From: a virus
Length of the DNA stretch: 64,000 nucleotides
Direction: 5' to 3' (one strand)
Virus record (IMG/VR): IMGVR_UViG_3300027896_000017
Location: 32,001-96,000 of that record
Shown here: positions 11,320-21,765 of the stretch, one piece after another
How positions within the stretch are numbered: position 1 is the first letter of the stretch
Layout: each line of letters begins with the position of its first letter
Made by a program: the position numbers and the translations under genes
The notes under the pieces: generated by a model
Told to the model about the DNA's origin: nothing
What the model saw: only the letters and a program-made list of their open reading frames with translations
Databases searched by the model: none

Positions 11320-13479
11320 TTAAAAGAAAACAAAAAAGCTTCCACCTAATGTTGTTATTGCACCTACACTCCAAAAAGTCTGAGGCGAATTTTGGCTATT
11401 ATAATCAGTCAAAACCCATGCCGCAGAACGTTCTATACTTGATACGCGAAATTCATCTATTGAGCCATCATAAGAAAATGACCCACCCGGATAAATACCC
11501 ATTTCAAAGTCGGTTATGGTTCCAAATGCCTTAGTTTTACCTGTGTCAGATTGTATCTGTGAACCGTTACGATAAATTCTCATTGTCCCTGCAGCCACAT
11601 CTTTTGTAAACACCCAATAATTCCATTGCCCTTTCCAGTGTGATGAATCGTTGTCAAGAATATTTATTCTATCATAATTTCCTGCACAGTCCCAATAAAT
11701 ATTCTGATCGTCACCCCACGGACAATGCACATTTAGTTGTCGTGCTGGGCCTGCGGAAATCGCACCAAAAAGAGTGCCTTGCATCGGTTGGGTCGGCCCT
11801 CCATAATTCCACAATCCAATCGTAATCTTTCCACCTGATACTATAGTTGTATTAAGTACTGATACTGGAGGTGTAATGGCTTGACCGGAAACATTGAACT
11901 GGAACGCCTTGCCCAATTTTCCATCTATTAGTGTCGGCCAACTTGTAGCCGTAATACAATTTCTTGCATACGAAGTTGAGTCAGCACAAGCAGATGCAGT
12001 TTTCATGTGATAAACAGCTTCATGGCTTGTGCTATCCCAAACACCATACTGTCCGTAGGTTTCACTTGGAAGATATGCTATCGCATCTGATTTTCCCCAC
12101 CAGACATATATTATCGTGTCAGTAGAACTATTTACCGAAGAAACCTTAACCCATATTTCTGCAGAACCATTCCCTGATTTACTAAATGATACAATTTCAA
12201 ATGGCAGTTCTGTCGTTCCGGCAGCACCACTTGTGAAACGTATATCAGAACCATCAGAATTTGCACCTCCATTTGACGCAAAAATCTGAGAAGGCAGATT
12301 AGATGTTCCTGCCGTTCCTGTCCAGATAAATGGTGTAGTAAAATTACTCTGAGTGCCTGTTCCTACTTTAGTATGGTCTTGAGTTAATAAACACCTATAC
12401 TTCCATCCTGTTGGAAAAATTATACTATTAACAGTTCCAACACTCCAGAATGTCTGTGGCGAATTCTGATTATTATAATCAGTTGAAAGCCACTCAGCAG
12501 AACGAGCAATATTTGAGATTCTTATTTCATCTAATGAACCGTAAAAATATGTTTGAGCTGTTGCTGTGCCGCGTCCAATAACTAATTGTGTAGTATAAGT
12601 ACCTGATCCAGATGAGCTTACTGTTACACTACGTTGGAACGAACCGTTAAGATAAAAAGACAAAGTTGTTCCTGAATATACTAAGTCTGCTTTATACCAA
12701 GTGCCTGCACTTATTGCTGTTTCCGAAGTAGAGTTCCATGCAACAGCAGGTGCGTGACGAGCTACACCTATTCCTGTTGTATACTGAAATATTCTATAAT
12801 CAATTTTTGCCGTATCATCATAATGAGAAATCAAGGCTGAGTGGTCATCAGAATCAGTGGTATTAACAGCATTAAACCATAACGATTCTGTAACATTATC
12901 GTTTGTTATTCCTTGATTATCGGAACGAGATGCATATTGAGATAATCCATCACAACTTCTAGCCTTTCCAATCTTGCCTGTCGTTGATGTTGTTCCACTA
13001 TTAGTTGCCGTATAACCATTGGAAGTAGAATCTGCAAGATCACCTGAACCATCTCCATGATAAACAGCTTTATAAGAAGTCATCCAGACATTATTGCTTC
13101 CATATGTATCTGTAGGCCCATAAGCTGTAGCGTCAGATTTCCCCCACCAAACATAAGCCACTACATCAGTGATAGAATTAACTGATGGAATTTTAACCCA
13201 TATTTCAGCGGAGGATGTTCCAGGTGTTCCTGTATTGGTAATAGCTACAATTTCAAAAGGTAATTCGGTTGTTCCTTTTCTATCGCTAGTAAAACGTATG
13301 TCACTTCCGTCAGATTTTGCGCCTACTCCGCTAGTAAATATTTCTTGAGGCAAATTTGACGTACCAGAAGAACCGGTCCACACAAACAAGCTTGGAAAAT
13401 CTGATTGTGTGCCTGTACCAACTTTTGTGTGGTCTTGCACTAAGCGACATTTATAAGCCCAACCAGTAGGAAACGCCAT
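11320..13479 (-). CDS. tandem DUF2341 + LamG/concanavalin-like virion protein
   Basis: Two SDIRFTS...LPFEIV...AEIWVK...VWWG + LamG modules; paralogue of 8842..11040. Confidence 0.8.
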   Translation of the reverse strand: MAFPTGWAYKCRLVQDHTKVGTGTQSDFPSLFVWTGSSGTSNLPQEIFTSGVGAKSDGSDIRFTSDRKGTTELPFEIVAITNTGTPGTSSAEIWVKIPSVNSITDVVAYVWWGKSDATAYGPTDTYGSNNVWMTSYKAVYHGDGSGDLADSTSNGYTATNSGTTSTTGKIGKARSCDGLSQYASRSDNQGITNDNVTESLWFNAVNTTDSDDHSALISHYDDTAKIDYRIFQYTTGIGVARHAPAVAWNSTSETAISAGTWYKADLVYSGTTLSFYLNGSFQRSVTVSSSGSGTYTTQLVIGRGTATAQTYFYGSLDEIRISNIARSAEWLSTDYNNQNSPQTFWSVGTVNSIIFPTGWKYRCLLTQDHTKVGTGTQSNFTTPFIWTGTAGTSNLPSQIFASNGGANSDGSDIRFTSGAAGTTELPFEIVSFSKSGNGSAEIWVKVSSVNSSTDTIIYVWWGKSDAIAYLPSETYGQYGVWDSTSHEAVYHMKTASACADSTSYARNCITATSWPTLIDGKLGKAFQFNVSGQAITPPVSVLNTTIVSGGKITIGLWNYGGPTQPMQGTLFGAISAGPARQLNVHCPWGDDQNIYWDCAGNYDRINILDNDSSHWKGQWNYWVFTKDVAAGTMRIYRNGSQIQSDTGKTKAFGTITDFEMGIYPGGSFSYDGSIDEFRVSSIERSAAWVLTDYNSQNSPQTFWSVGAITTLGGSFFVFF

Positions 13480-13480
13480 G

Positions 13481-16400
13481 TTATGTCTCCTGACTTAAGG
13501 CTATTAAGTCCCATTTATCATCAGCCGCATGATAAATAAATCCCATATACAAAGTCTTTGATAAAACAGTTGTAGTAGGCAAAGCATTCCCCATTGCCCG
13601 ATACTTATCTCCAAAAGAAATAGCTCTTGCTGTTCCATTATCTTTTATTCTGATTATTAATTTTTCTCCCAATACCGGCGTTGATGTAGAATGATTATTT
13701 ATAGTTATTGCACCAGCTAAGGCGGTTATTGCGTAAATATCATATGTATCTATTTCAGGTGTCAAAGAAGTGTTAGAGGCCACACTTAAAGATCTTGGCT
13801 GATTCCTTTTATTAGTAAATGTAGTTGTGCTACTTGCAGTAACTCCTGCATATCCCGAAACACCAGAAGTTCCAGATGTTCCAGATGTTCCAGATGTCCC
13901 TGATGTTCCAGACACCCCAGACGTTCCAGATGTTCCAGAATACCCAGACGTTCCAGACGTTCCAGACGTTCCAGACGTTCCAGACGTTCCAGACGTTCCA
14001 GACGTTCCAGACGTTCCAGATGTTCCAGATGTTCCAGACGTCCCAGATGTCCCAGATGTTCCAGAATATCCACTTGTTCCAGATGTTCCAGATGTTCCAG
14101 ATGTTCCAGATGTTCCAGATGTTCCAGATGTTCCAGATGTTCCAGATGTTCCAGATGTTCCAGATGTTCCAGATGTTCCAGATGTTCCAGATGTTCCAGA
14201 TGTTCCAGAATATCCACTTGTTCCAGATGTTCCAGAATATCCACTTGTTCCAGATGTTCCAGATATTCCAGACGTCCCAGACGCTCCAGACGCTCCAGAC
14301 ACTCCAGACACTCCAGATGTGCCACTATATCCAGAAACCCCTTGAACAGTAAATGTAGTTTCTACCCAAGAAGAATCAGTCGTGCCCTGATATGTCCATG
14401 TCGCATTATGAGCATTAGCTTCACTATTTATAGCGACCACTCTAATTATAATTCTGTCTGTACTAAGTATTGATATTGGAGATTCTATTGTCCAATAGGT
14501 GTCATATGCGGTCACATCCACTGTAAGGGCCCCTGTAGATCCTACTACACCTCCAGATAGGGCGGTTACCACACCTGTAGCGGATCGTTTTTCTATTACA
14601 TAACCCGCTGATACATGCGCATTATTTGCAGAAAATCTACCATGAAATTTCCACGTTCCAACTGGTATTGAGGTCTCGCCTGGAACCGTTGCAACTGTTA
14701 GATAGCTATCAAAAGGAACATATGAAGAAGCGCTGGTTATTCCAGTAAGATTTTCTGTTGTTTCAGTACCTGTTGCCGGAACTCTTGTCAATTTTTCACA
14801 ATTTATTGTAATGGTAGCGGTAGTATTATTATTTGAATTAGTTAAAGAACCATATCCATTAGTAACAGTTATTGTCGAAGCAGTAACTGAGCGTATTGCC
14901 CATTCGTGGGTATCCATGGCTGTTGAAGAATTTGTAACTATAAATTTTTGACCAACTACCCAATTATCAGTTACAAAACTACCCGCGCCACTTCGAACTA
15001 TCGTGCCGGCGGCAGCAGAAAATGTAAAAGTATCTCCACCTGAAGCTTGTGAAGTAGGAGTGGTAATATCAGAACTTGTAGTATCAAACCAAAATTTTTG
15101 TCCAGTTACAGCCCCTTGTACTCCACTATACCCACTATTTCCAGAATATCCAGATGTCCCGGATGTTCCAGATGCTCCAGATGTTCCAGATGCTCCAGAC
15201 GCTCCAGATGTTCCAGAATATCCGCTTGTTCCAGACGCCCCAGACGCTCCAGACGCCCCAGATGTTCCAGATTCTCCAGATGTTCCAGATTCTCCAGATG
15301 TTCCAGATTCTCCAGACGTTCCAGATTCTCCGGATGTTCCAGATTCTCCAGAATATCCAGATTCGCCAGATGTTCCAGATGTTCCAGATACTCCAGATGC
15401 TCCAGACGTACCAGACGCCCCAGAATATCCTGACGTGCCAGAATAACCTTGTAATCCTGGTTCATCAGAAAAATTTATAGGTCTTGCAAAATCTTCTGGG
15501 ACAGTTTCTAAATTCCATCTTTTTGCATACATGAATTGAAAGTATACGTCTTCAATGAATGCTTTTTCTACTTCGCCATCATTATAAATATATGTAGTAA
15601 GTGTCCATGTTCCCGAATATCCAGAAATTCCGCCAGAATGCGTAATCTTACCATAATATTCATTGCCGCTTTCATCTGCTATTGGATTATGATTAATACC
15701 ATTTCTTAAATTACATATATCTTCATAGCCGCTTACCGGGACGCCTTCAGTTGTGTCAGGAAAAGAATCAACCGCCCTTTCTCCAATCATAGAATCGCTA
15801 ATATCATATTGAGAAATTCCTGAATATCCAGAAACGCCCACAAAAGCTTGTGTATTAGATATAATTTTTCTACCTTCAAAATTTGCGGTACTTCCTGATA
15901 TTCCAGATTCTCCAGAATATCCTGATTCACCAGAATATCCTGATTCACCAGAATATCCTGATTCACCAGAATATCCAGATTCGCCTGACGTTCCAGATGT
16001 CCCAGATGTCCCAGATGTTCCAGATGCCCCAGATTTTCCTGAAGTTCCAGATGCTCCAGATTCTCCAGAATATCCTGATTCTCCAGAATATCCAGATTCG
16101 CCTGATGTTCCAGACGCTCCAGATGTTCCAGATGTTCCAGACGTTCCAGATTTTCCTGAAGTTCCAGATGTTCCGGATTCTCCAGAATATCCTGATTCTC
16201 CAGAATAACCCGATTCTCCAGAATATCCTGATTCTCCAGAATATCCTGATTCTCCAGAATATCCAGATTCACCTGATGTTCCAGACGTTCCAGACGCCCC
16301 AGATGTTCCAGATGTTCCAGACGTTCCAGATTTTCCTGAAGTTCCAGATGTTCCGGATTCTCCAGAATATCCTGATTCTCCAGAATATCCTGATTCTCCA

Positions 16401-19180
16401 GAATATCCAGATTCGCCTGATGTTCCAGACGTTCCAGACGCCCCAGATGTTCCAGATGTTCCAGACGTTCCAGATTTTCCTGAAGTTCCAGATGTACCAG
16501 ATTCTCCAGACGTTCCAGATTCTCCAGAATATCCTGATTCCCCAGAATACCCTGATTCTCCAGAATATCCTGATTCTCCAGAATATCCTGATTCTCCAGA
16601 ATATCCAGATTCACCTGATGCTCCAGATGTTCCAGACGTTCCAGATGTTCCAGATGTTCCAGATGCTCCAGATGTTCCAGATTTTCCTGAAGTTCCAGAT
16701 ATACCAGATTCTCCAGATGTTCCTGATTCTCCAGAATACCCTGATTCTCCAGAATATCCTGATTCTCCAGAATATCCTGATTCTCCAGAATATCCAGATT
16801 CACCTGATGTTCCAGATGTTCCAGACGTTCCAGATGTTCCAGATGTTCCAGATGTTCCAGATGTTCCAGATGTTCCAGATGTTCCAGACGTTCCAGATTT
16901 TCCTGAAGTTCCAGATGTACCAGATTCTCCAGAATATCCTGATTCTCCAGAATATCCTGATTCTCCAGAATGTCCTGATTCTCCAGAATATCCAGATGTC
17001 CCGGATGTTCCAGATGCTCCAGATGTTCCAGATGCTCCAGACGCTCCAGATGTTCCAGAATATCCGCTTGTTCCAGACGCCCCAGACGCTCCAGACGCCC
17101 CAGATGTTCCAGATTCTCCAGATGTTCCAGATTCTCCAGATGTTCCAGATTCTCCAGACGTTCCAGATTCTCCGGATGTTCCAGATTCTCCAGAATATCC
17201 AGATTCGCCAGATGTTCCAGATGTTCCAGATACTCCAGATGCTCCAGACGTACCAGACGCCCCAGAATATCCTGACGTGCCAGAATAACCTTGTAATCCT
17301 GGTTCATCAGAAAAATTTATAGGTCTTGCAAAATCTTCTGGGACAGTTTCTAAATTCCATCTTTTTGCATACATGAATTGAAAGTATACGTCTTCAATGA
17401 ATGCTTTTTCTACTTCGCCATCATTATAAATATATGTAGTAAGTGTCCATGTTCCCGAATATCCAGAAATTCCGCCAGAATGCGTAATCTTACCATAATA
17501 TTCATTGCCGCTTTCATCTGCTATTGGATTATGATTAATACCATTTCTTAAATTACATATATCTTCATAGCCGCTTACCGGGACGCCTTCAGTTGTGTCA
17601 GGAAAAGAATCAACCGCCCTTTCTCCAATCATAGAATCGCTAATATCATATTGAGAAATTCCTGAATATCCAGAAACGCCCACAAAAGCTTGTGTATTAG
17701 ATATAATTTTTCTACCTTCAAAATTTGCGGTACTTCCTGATATTCCAGATTCTCCAGAATATCCTGATTCACCAGAATATCCTGATTCACCAGAATATCC
17801 TGATTCACCAGAATATCCAGATTCGCCTGACGTTCCAGATGTCCCAGATGTCCCAGATGTTCCAGATGCCCCAGATTTTCCTGAAGTTCCAGATGCTCCA
17901 GATTCTCCAGAATATCCTGATTCTCCAGAATATCCAGATTCGCCTGATGTTCCAGACGCTCCAGATGTTCCAGATGTTCCAGACGTTCCAGATTTTCCTG
18001 AAGTTCCAGATGTTCCGGATTCTCCAGAATATCCTGATTCTCCAGAATAACCCGATTCTCCAGAATATCCTGATTCTCCAGAATATCCTGATTCTCCAGA
18101 ATATCCAGATTCACCTGATGTTCCAGACGTTCCAGACGCCCCAGATGTTCCAGATGTTCCAGACGTTCCAGATTTTCCTGAAGTTCCAGATGTTCCGGAT
18201 TCTCCAGAATATCCTGATTCTCCAGAATATCCTGATTCTCCAGAATATCCAGATTCGCCTGATGTTCCAGACGTTCCAGACGCCCCAGATGTTCCAGATG
18301 TTCCAGACGTTCCAGATTTTCCTGAAGTTCCAGATGTACCAGATTCTCCAGACGTTCCAGATTCTCCAGAATATCCTGATTCCCCAGAATACCCTGATTC
18401 TCCAGAATATCCTGATTCTCCAGAATATCCTGATTCTCCAGAATATCCAGATTCACCTGATGCTCCAGATGTTCCAGACGTTCCAGATGTTCCAGATGTT
18501 CCAGATGCTCCAGATGTTCCAGATTTTCCTGAAGTTCCAGATATACCAGATTCTCCAGATGTTCCTGATTCTCCAGAATACCCTGATTCTCCAGAATATC
18601 CTGATTCTCCAGAATATCCTGATTCTCCAGAATATCCAGATTCACCTGATGTTCCAGATGTTCCAGACGTTCCAGATGTTCCAGATGTTCCAGATGTTCC
18701 AGATGTTCCAGATGTTCCAGATTTTCCTGAAGTTCCAGATGTACCAGATTCTCCAGACGTTCCAGATTCTCCAGAATATCCTGATTCTCCAGAATATCCT
18801 GATTCTCCAGAATATCCAGATTTACCTGATGTTCCAGATGTTCCAGATGTTCCAGATGTTCCAGATGTTCCGGATTTTCCTGAAGTTCCAGATGTACCAG
18901 ATTCTCCAGAATACCCAGATTCTCCAGAATATCCTGATTCTCCAGAATATCCAGATTCACCTGATGCCCCAGATGCTCCTGAATATCCTGAATATCCTAT
19001 ACTATCTGGATTTATAGTATGATAAGTCCCATGGGAATCTCTATATCCAAGATTGCCGGTATCATTTTCAATGGCTATTTGACCAAGATCTAAATGTTGG
19101 CGCAATAAAGTTTCAGAATTATTGATCTCGGTAATATGCACCTGTTCGGCAAGCGGGTCTTCATATATATCGTCTGACAT
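13481..19180 (-). CDS. long tail fibre-like protein with (SGT/SGE/SGY)n repeats and an internal duplication
   Basis: Same N-terminal anchor motif as 7416..8810; Gly at every third residue over more than 1000 aa, interrupted by globular domains; fibre-tip-like C-terminus (IRIKDNGTARAI); ATG 19180 preferred over TTG 19195. Confidence 0.75.
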   Translation of the reverse strand: MSDDIYEDPLAEQVHITEINNSETLLRQHLDLGQIAIENDTGNLGYRDSHGTYHTINPDSIGYSGYSGASGASGESGYSGESGYSGESGYSGESGTSGTSGKSGTSGTSGTSGTSGTSGKSGYSGESGYSGESGYSGESGTSGESGTSGTSGKSGTSGTSGTSGTSGTSGTSGTSGTSGESGYSGESGYSGESGYSGESGYSGESGTSGESGISGTSGKSGTSGASGTSGTSGTSGTSGASGESGYSGESGYSGESGYSGESGYSGESGYSGESGTSGESGTSGTSGKSGTSGTSGTSGASGTSGTSGESGYSGESGYSGESGYSGESGTSGTSGKSGTSGTSGTSGASGTSGTSGESGYSGESGYSGESGYSGESGYSGESGYSGESGTSGTSGKSGTSGTSGTSGASGTSGESGYSGESGYSGESGASGTSGKSGASGTSGTSGTSGTSGESGYSGESGYSGESGYSGESGYSGESGISGSTANFEGRKIISNTQAFVGVSGYSGISQYDISDSMIGERAVDSFPDTTEGVPVSGYEDICNLRNGINHNPIADESGNEYYGKITHSGGISGYSGTWTLTTYIYNDGEVEKAFIEDVYFQFMYAKRWNLETVPEDFARPINFSDEPGLQGYSGTSGYSGASGTSGASGVSGTSGTSGESGYSGESGTSGESGTSGESGTSGESGTSGESGTSGASGASGASGTSGYSGTSGASGASGTSGASGTSGTSGYSGESGHSGESGYSGESGYSGESGTSGTSGKSGTSGTSGTSGTSGTSGTSGTSGTSGTSGTSGESGYSGESGYSGESGYSGESGYSGESGTSGESGISGTSGKSGTSGASGTSGTSGTSGTSGASGESGYSGESGYSGESGYSGESGYSGESGYSGESGTSGESGTSGTSGKSGTSGTSGTSGASGTSGTSGESGYSGESGYSGESGYSGESGTSGTSGKSGTSGTSGTSGASGTSGTSGESGYSGESGYSGESGYSGESGYSGESGYSGESGTSGTSGKSGTSGTSGTSGASGTSGESGYSGESGYSGESGASGTSGKSGASGTSGTSGTSGTSGESGYSGESGYSGESGYSGESGYSGESGISGSTANFEGRKIISNTQAFVGVSGYSGISQYDISDSMIGERAVDSFPDTTEGVPVSGYEDICNLRNGINHNPIADESGNEYYGKITHSGGISGYSGTWTLTTYIYNDGEVEKAFIEDVYFQFMYAKRWNLETVPEDFARPINFSDEPGLQGYSGTSGYSGASGTSGASGVSGTSGTSGESGYSGESGTSGESGTSGESGTSGESGTSGESGTSGASGASGASGTSGYSGTSGASGASGTSGASGTSGTSGYSGNSGYSGVQGAVTGQKFWFDTTSSDITTPTSQASGGDTFTFSAAAGTIVRSGAGSFVTDNWVVGQKFIVTNSSTAMDTHEWAIRSVTASTITVTNGYGSLTNSNNNTTATITINCEKLTRVPATGTETTENLTGITSASSYVPFDSYLTVATVPGETSIPVGTWKFHGRFSANNAHVSAGYVIEKRSATGVVTALSGGVVGSTGALTVDVTAYDTYWTIESPISILSTDRIIIRVVAINSEANAHNATWTYQGTTDSSWVETTFTVQGVSGYSGTSGVSGVSGASGASGTSGISGTSGTSGYSGTSGTSGYSGTSGTSGTSGTSGTSGTSGTSGTSGTSGTSGTSGTSGTSGTSGTSGYSGTSGTSGTSGTSGTSGTSGTSGTSGTSGTSGTSGTSGTSGYSGTSGTSGVSGTSGTSGTSGTSGTSGVSGYAGVTASSTTTFTNKRNQPRSLSVASNTSLTPEIDTYDIYAITALAGAITINNHSTSTPVLGEKLIIRIKDNGTARAISFGDKYRAMGNALPTTTVLSKTLYMGFIYHAADDKWDLIALSQET
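15140..18722. repeat. direct duplication: 15140-16880 repeated at 16982-18722 (period 1842 bp)
   Basis: Copies look identical wherever compared, including the non-repetitive STANFEGRKII...DEPGLQG domain; shadow ORF coordinates also differ by 1842. Confidence 0.9.
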
Positions 19181-19224
19181 AATATTTTCTTTCAATGGTT
19201 AAGTGCATGTTTAATATTCAATAA

Positions 19225-21765
19225 TTATCCAATATGATACGCTGTAGCAAGATAATTATTCTGCATATTAGGCAACCCTGAACCTCGCTCAAAGAATGTA
19301 AGATATGATTTTTGAAATCTTTTAAAATCCTCATGGCCAAAACCATAAATATTTTGATAAAATAAAATTATTTGTTTAGGAGCAATGGTAATATTCATAC
19401 TGTAATTGCTTGGAAAATAAGAACCAAATTCAGCATATTTTAAATATCGAATAGTTTCCAATATATTAGATTTTTCATGAATTCCATTATATTTTTTAAA
19501 TTGATCAAATTGAGACCAAGATGGAAAAGTGGACTCATTAAAAATGGACGCATTTCTTGCAAGAATTTGATATTTCGTAACACTATCTTCCGGATTTAAG
19601 ATTGTATCAATAGGCGCATCTAAATAAGCTTTAAAATAATCACCATTATTTAATTGTAAATATAAAAATTTATGTGTAGGCCAGGGTATATGAACAAAAC
19701 TACCAACTACATCGTTTGCCGAAACGCCCATATAATCATTATAAAGGGGCTCTTTTAAAATAGATTTTTTATATAATTGTAATCTAACTAAGCCTTGTTC
19801 TTTATTGTGCCATATTGCTTGAGTTATATGATAAATGCCACTATAATCAGAGGTTTTATTGGTATTATTATAAATTAAAATCTCAGGATATTTAATCCCT
19901 TTTGATGTATCATATACAAAATTAATCATATGTTGAATAGGCATTGGACCCTCTGCCGAATATATTACTATCGACGCTGGCGTATACTGTTCTTCAGCGG
20001 CGACATCTTTTAAAATAAAATTATTAGTTAATTTTAAATATAACAAATCTTCTTTCAGTAAATCAGAAACATCGGATAATTTAATAATTCCATTAAGTCT
20101 ATCTATAATTGAAATTATTGATATATCGCCATATTTAGTTAAAAATTTACCACCCACCTGAACAAAAGGATGTAGTGCATTAGGGCTTTTTAATTCAACA
20201 GTTATTAAATTATTGTTCTTATCAATACTTATAATTTTATATGGATAAGATTCGTATAATCCTATTACTTTACCATCATCTGGCGATAATGGCTGCCCAT
20301 AATATGAATTCATCGCCTGCTTGTATTCTAATCCATTATTAATGTTTTGAATGCCTTTCATAATACTGGATATAGCCATTTTTCCACTATAATTATTGTG
20401 ATTATAAATATTCCAATCTGAAATATTAATTAAATTTCCATATAATTCATATAAATAATTTTCTATAATAGATACTTTTTGACAATAAACTATAGAATCA
20501 ATAGGAATGGCCCCGTCTTCAAATATATTTCGATTAAATTCTAAAATATAATTATTAAAAGTAAAATCTATATCTTTTCTAAATTCTACAGGGTATCCAC
20601 CGCTAATATGTGAATGTAGGTACTGAATATCTATTACATTTTTATCGATATCATAAGCTTTAGCTGTGGTCAAATAAATATTAAAAGTTTCATTTTCAAG
20701 ATAAGATAAATCACCATCAACTTTTATCATAAATTTACTTTTTGATTCATCAGAGACCCATTCACCTTGATTTGTAGTTCCTATAGTACCATTAGAGGAA
20801 TTATAACCACTATACCATTTCCATATATTACCTTCATATGGATAATATCTTCCATTAGGTTGTTCCGCGCATTTATATAAAGACAATTTTAAAAACTCTA
20901 CAGCATACTCGTCTAAATCGGTTCCGCCAAAAATTGGCAAAAGGGCTGAACTATAATTTAAACCGGATTTATTAATAAATGTAGCCCAAGGGGTACCCGT
21001 ACTGGAGGCACTAATAACATCATTAATATTATCGCCTGACGCGACCTTAATTAATAAATAATCATCACCCCATATAATTTCAGACTCATCAGCGCTGATA
21101 ACCTGAACATTATAATGCGAAATATCTTTATAATCAGGTTGATCTGGAGTGTATAGCCCCTCTATCGACATTACGCCAATTAAATCGTCTGAAATTTCAC
21201 CATTACTAAATGATTTATCTATTTCAGCATAATGTTTTCTATCATTGGGCTCTTTAGATGATAATAAATTTAATATTTTAAAATATTGGTCTTTAATATC
21301 TGATCTATTGGCCTTAACAACAATATAATTATTTAAACCAATTTCCCTTATTTTATAATAATCTGAAGAAGAGATTTCTATTAAATCTTGATAAATAGGT
21401 TTTAAATTTGAATCGTATTGAGGTTCTATAGATACTTCACGAATAGCCCTGATAGTATAATTATCATTTTTATTTGTAGGATCAAGATTTAAGGGCTTAG
21501 AAGTTAACGGCCCTAAAATTATTTCATAATAATCTTCAATTGGATATATTTCAGATTGTTCAGGTGCGGAACTATTATATAATCGTGTTGATTTGGTAAT
21601 TAAATTGTTAGTGGCTAATCTCAACCCTTGCCAATAATTCTCAAATAATTCCCTATCATCATCAGATAAATAGTCCCAGAAAGTGGTTAAATAATCCCAC
21701 AAATTTAAATTAAATTTATCCTCTTGAACTAAAGGATAATATTGCGTATTATCGTTCTGGCTCAT
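19225..21765 (-). CDS. putative baseplate/structural protein
   Basis: 846 aa, overlaps the stop of the baseplate J-like gene (ATGA coupling); position in the tail module. Confidence 0.5.
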   Translation of the reverse strand: MSQNDNTQYYPLVQEDKFNLNLWDYLTTFWDYLSDDDRELFENYWQGLRLATNNLITKSTRLYNSSAPEQSEIYPIEDYYEIILGPLTSKPLNLDPTNKNDNYTIRAIREVSIEPQYDSNLKPIYQDLIEISSSDYYKIREIGLNNYIVVKANRSDIKDQYFKILNLLSSKEPNDRKHYAEIDKSFSNGEISDDLIGVMSIEGLYTPDQPDYKDISHYNVQVISADESEIIWGDDYLLIKVASGDNINDVISASSTGTPWATFINKSGLNYSSALLPIFGGTDLDEYAVEFLKLSLYKCAEQPNGRYYPYEGNIWKWYSGYNSSNGTIGTTNQGEWVSDESKSKFMIKVDGDLSYLENETFNIYLTTAKAYDIDKNVIDIQYLHSHISGGYPVEFRKDIDFTFNNYILEFNRNIFEDGAIPIDSIVYCQKVSIIENYLYELYGNLINISDWNIYNHNNYSGKMAISSIMKGIQNINNGLEYKQAMNSYYGQPLSPDDGKVIGLYESYPYKIISIDKNNNLITVELKSPNALHPFVQVGGKFLTKYGDISIISIIDRLNGIIKLSDVSDLLKEDLLYLKLTNNFILKDVAAEEQYTPASIVIYSAEGPMPIQHMINFVYDTSKGIKYPEILIYNNTNKTSDYSGIYHITQAIWHNKEQGLVRLQLYKKSILKEPLYNDYMGVSANDVVGSFVHIPWPTHKFLYLQLNNGDYFKAYLDAPIDTILNPEDSVTKYQILARNASIFNESTFPSWSQFDQFKKYNGIHEKSNILETIRYLKYAEFGSYFPSNYSMNITIAPKQIILFYQNIYGFGHEDFKRFQKSYLTFFERGSGLPNMQNNYLATAYHIG

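Noticed and set aside
13786-19017. Long ORFs of LEHLEH, MFQMFQ and PDVPDV type in other frames and strands (also 7922-8641)
   Set aside because: Shadow frames of the 9-bp SGT repeat, which lacks stop codons; no RBS or domain content
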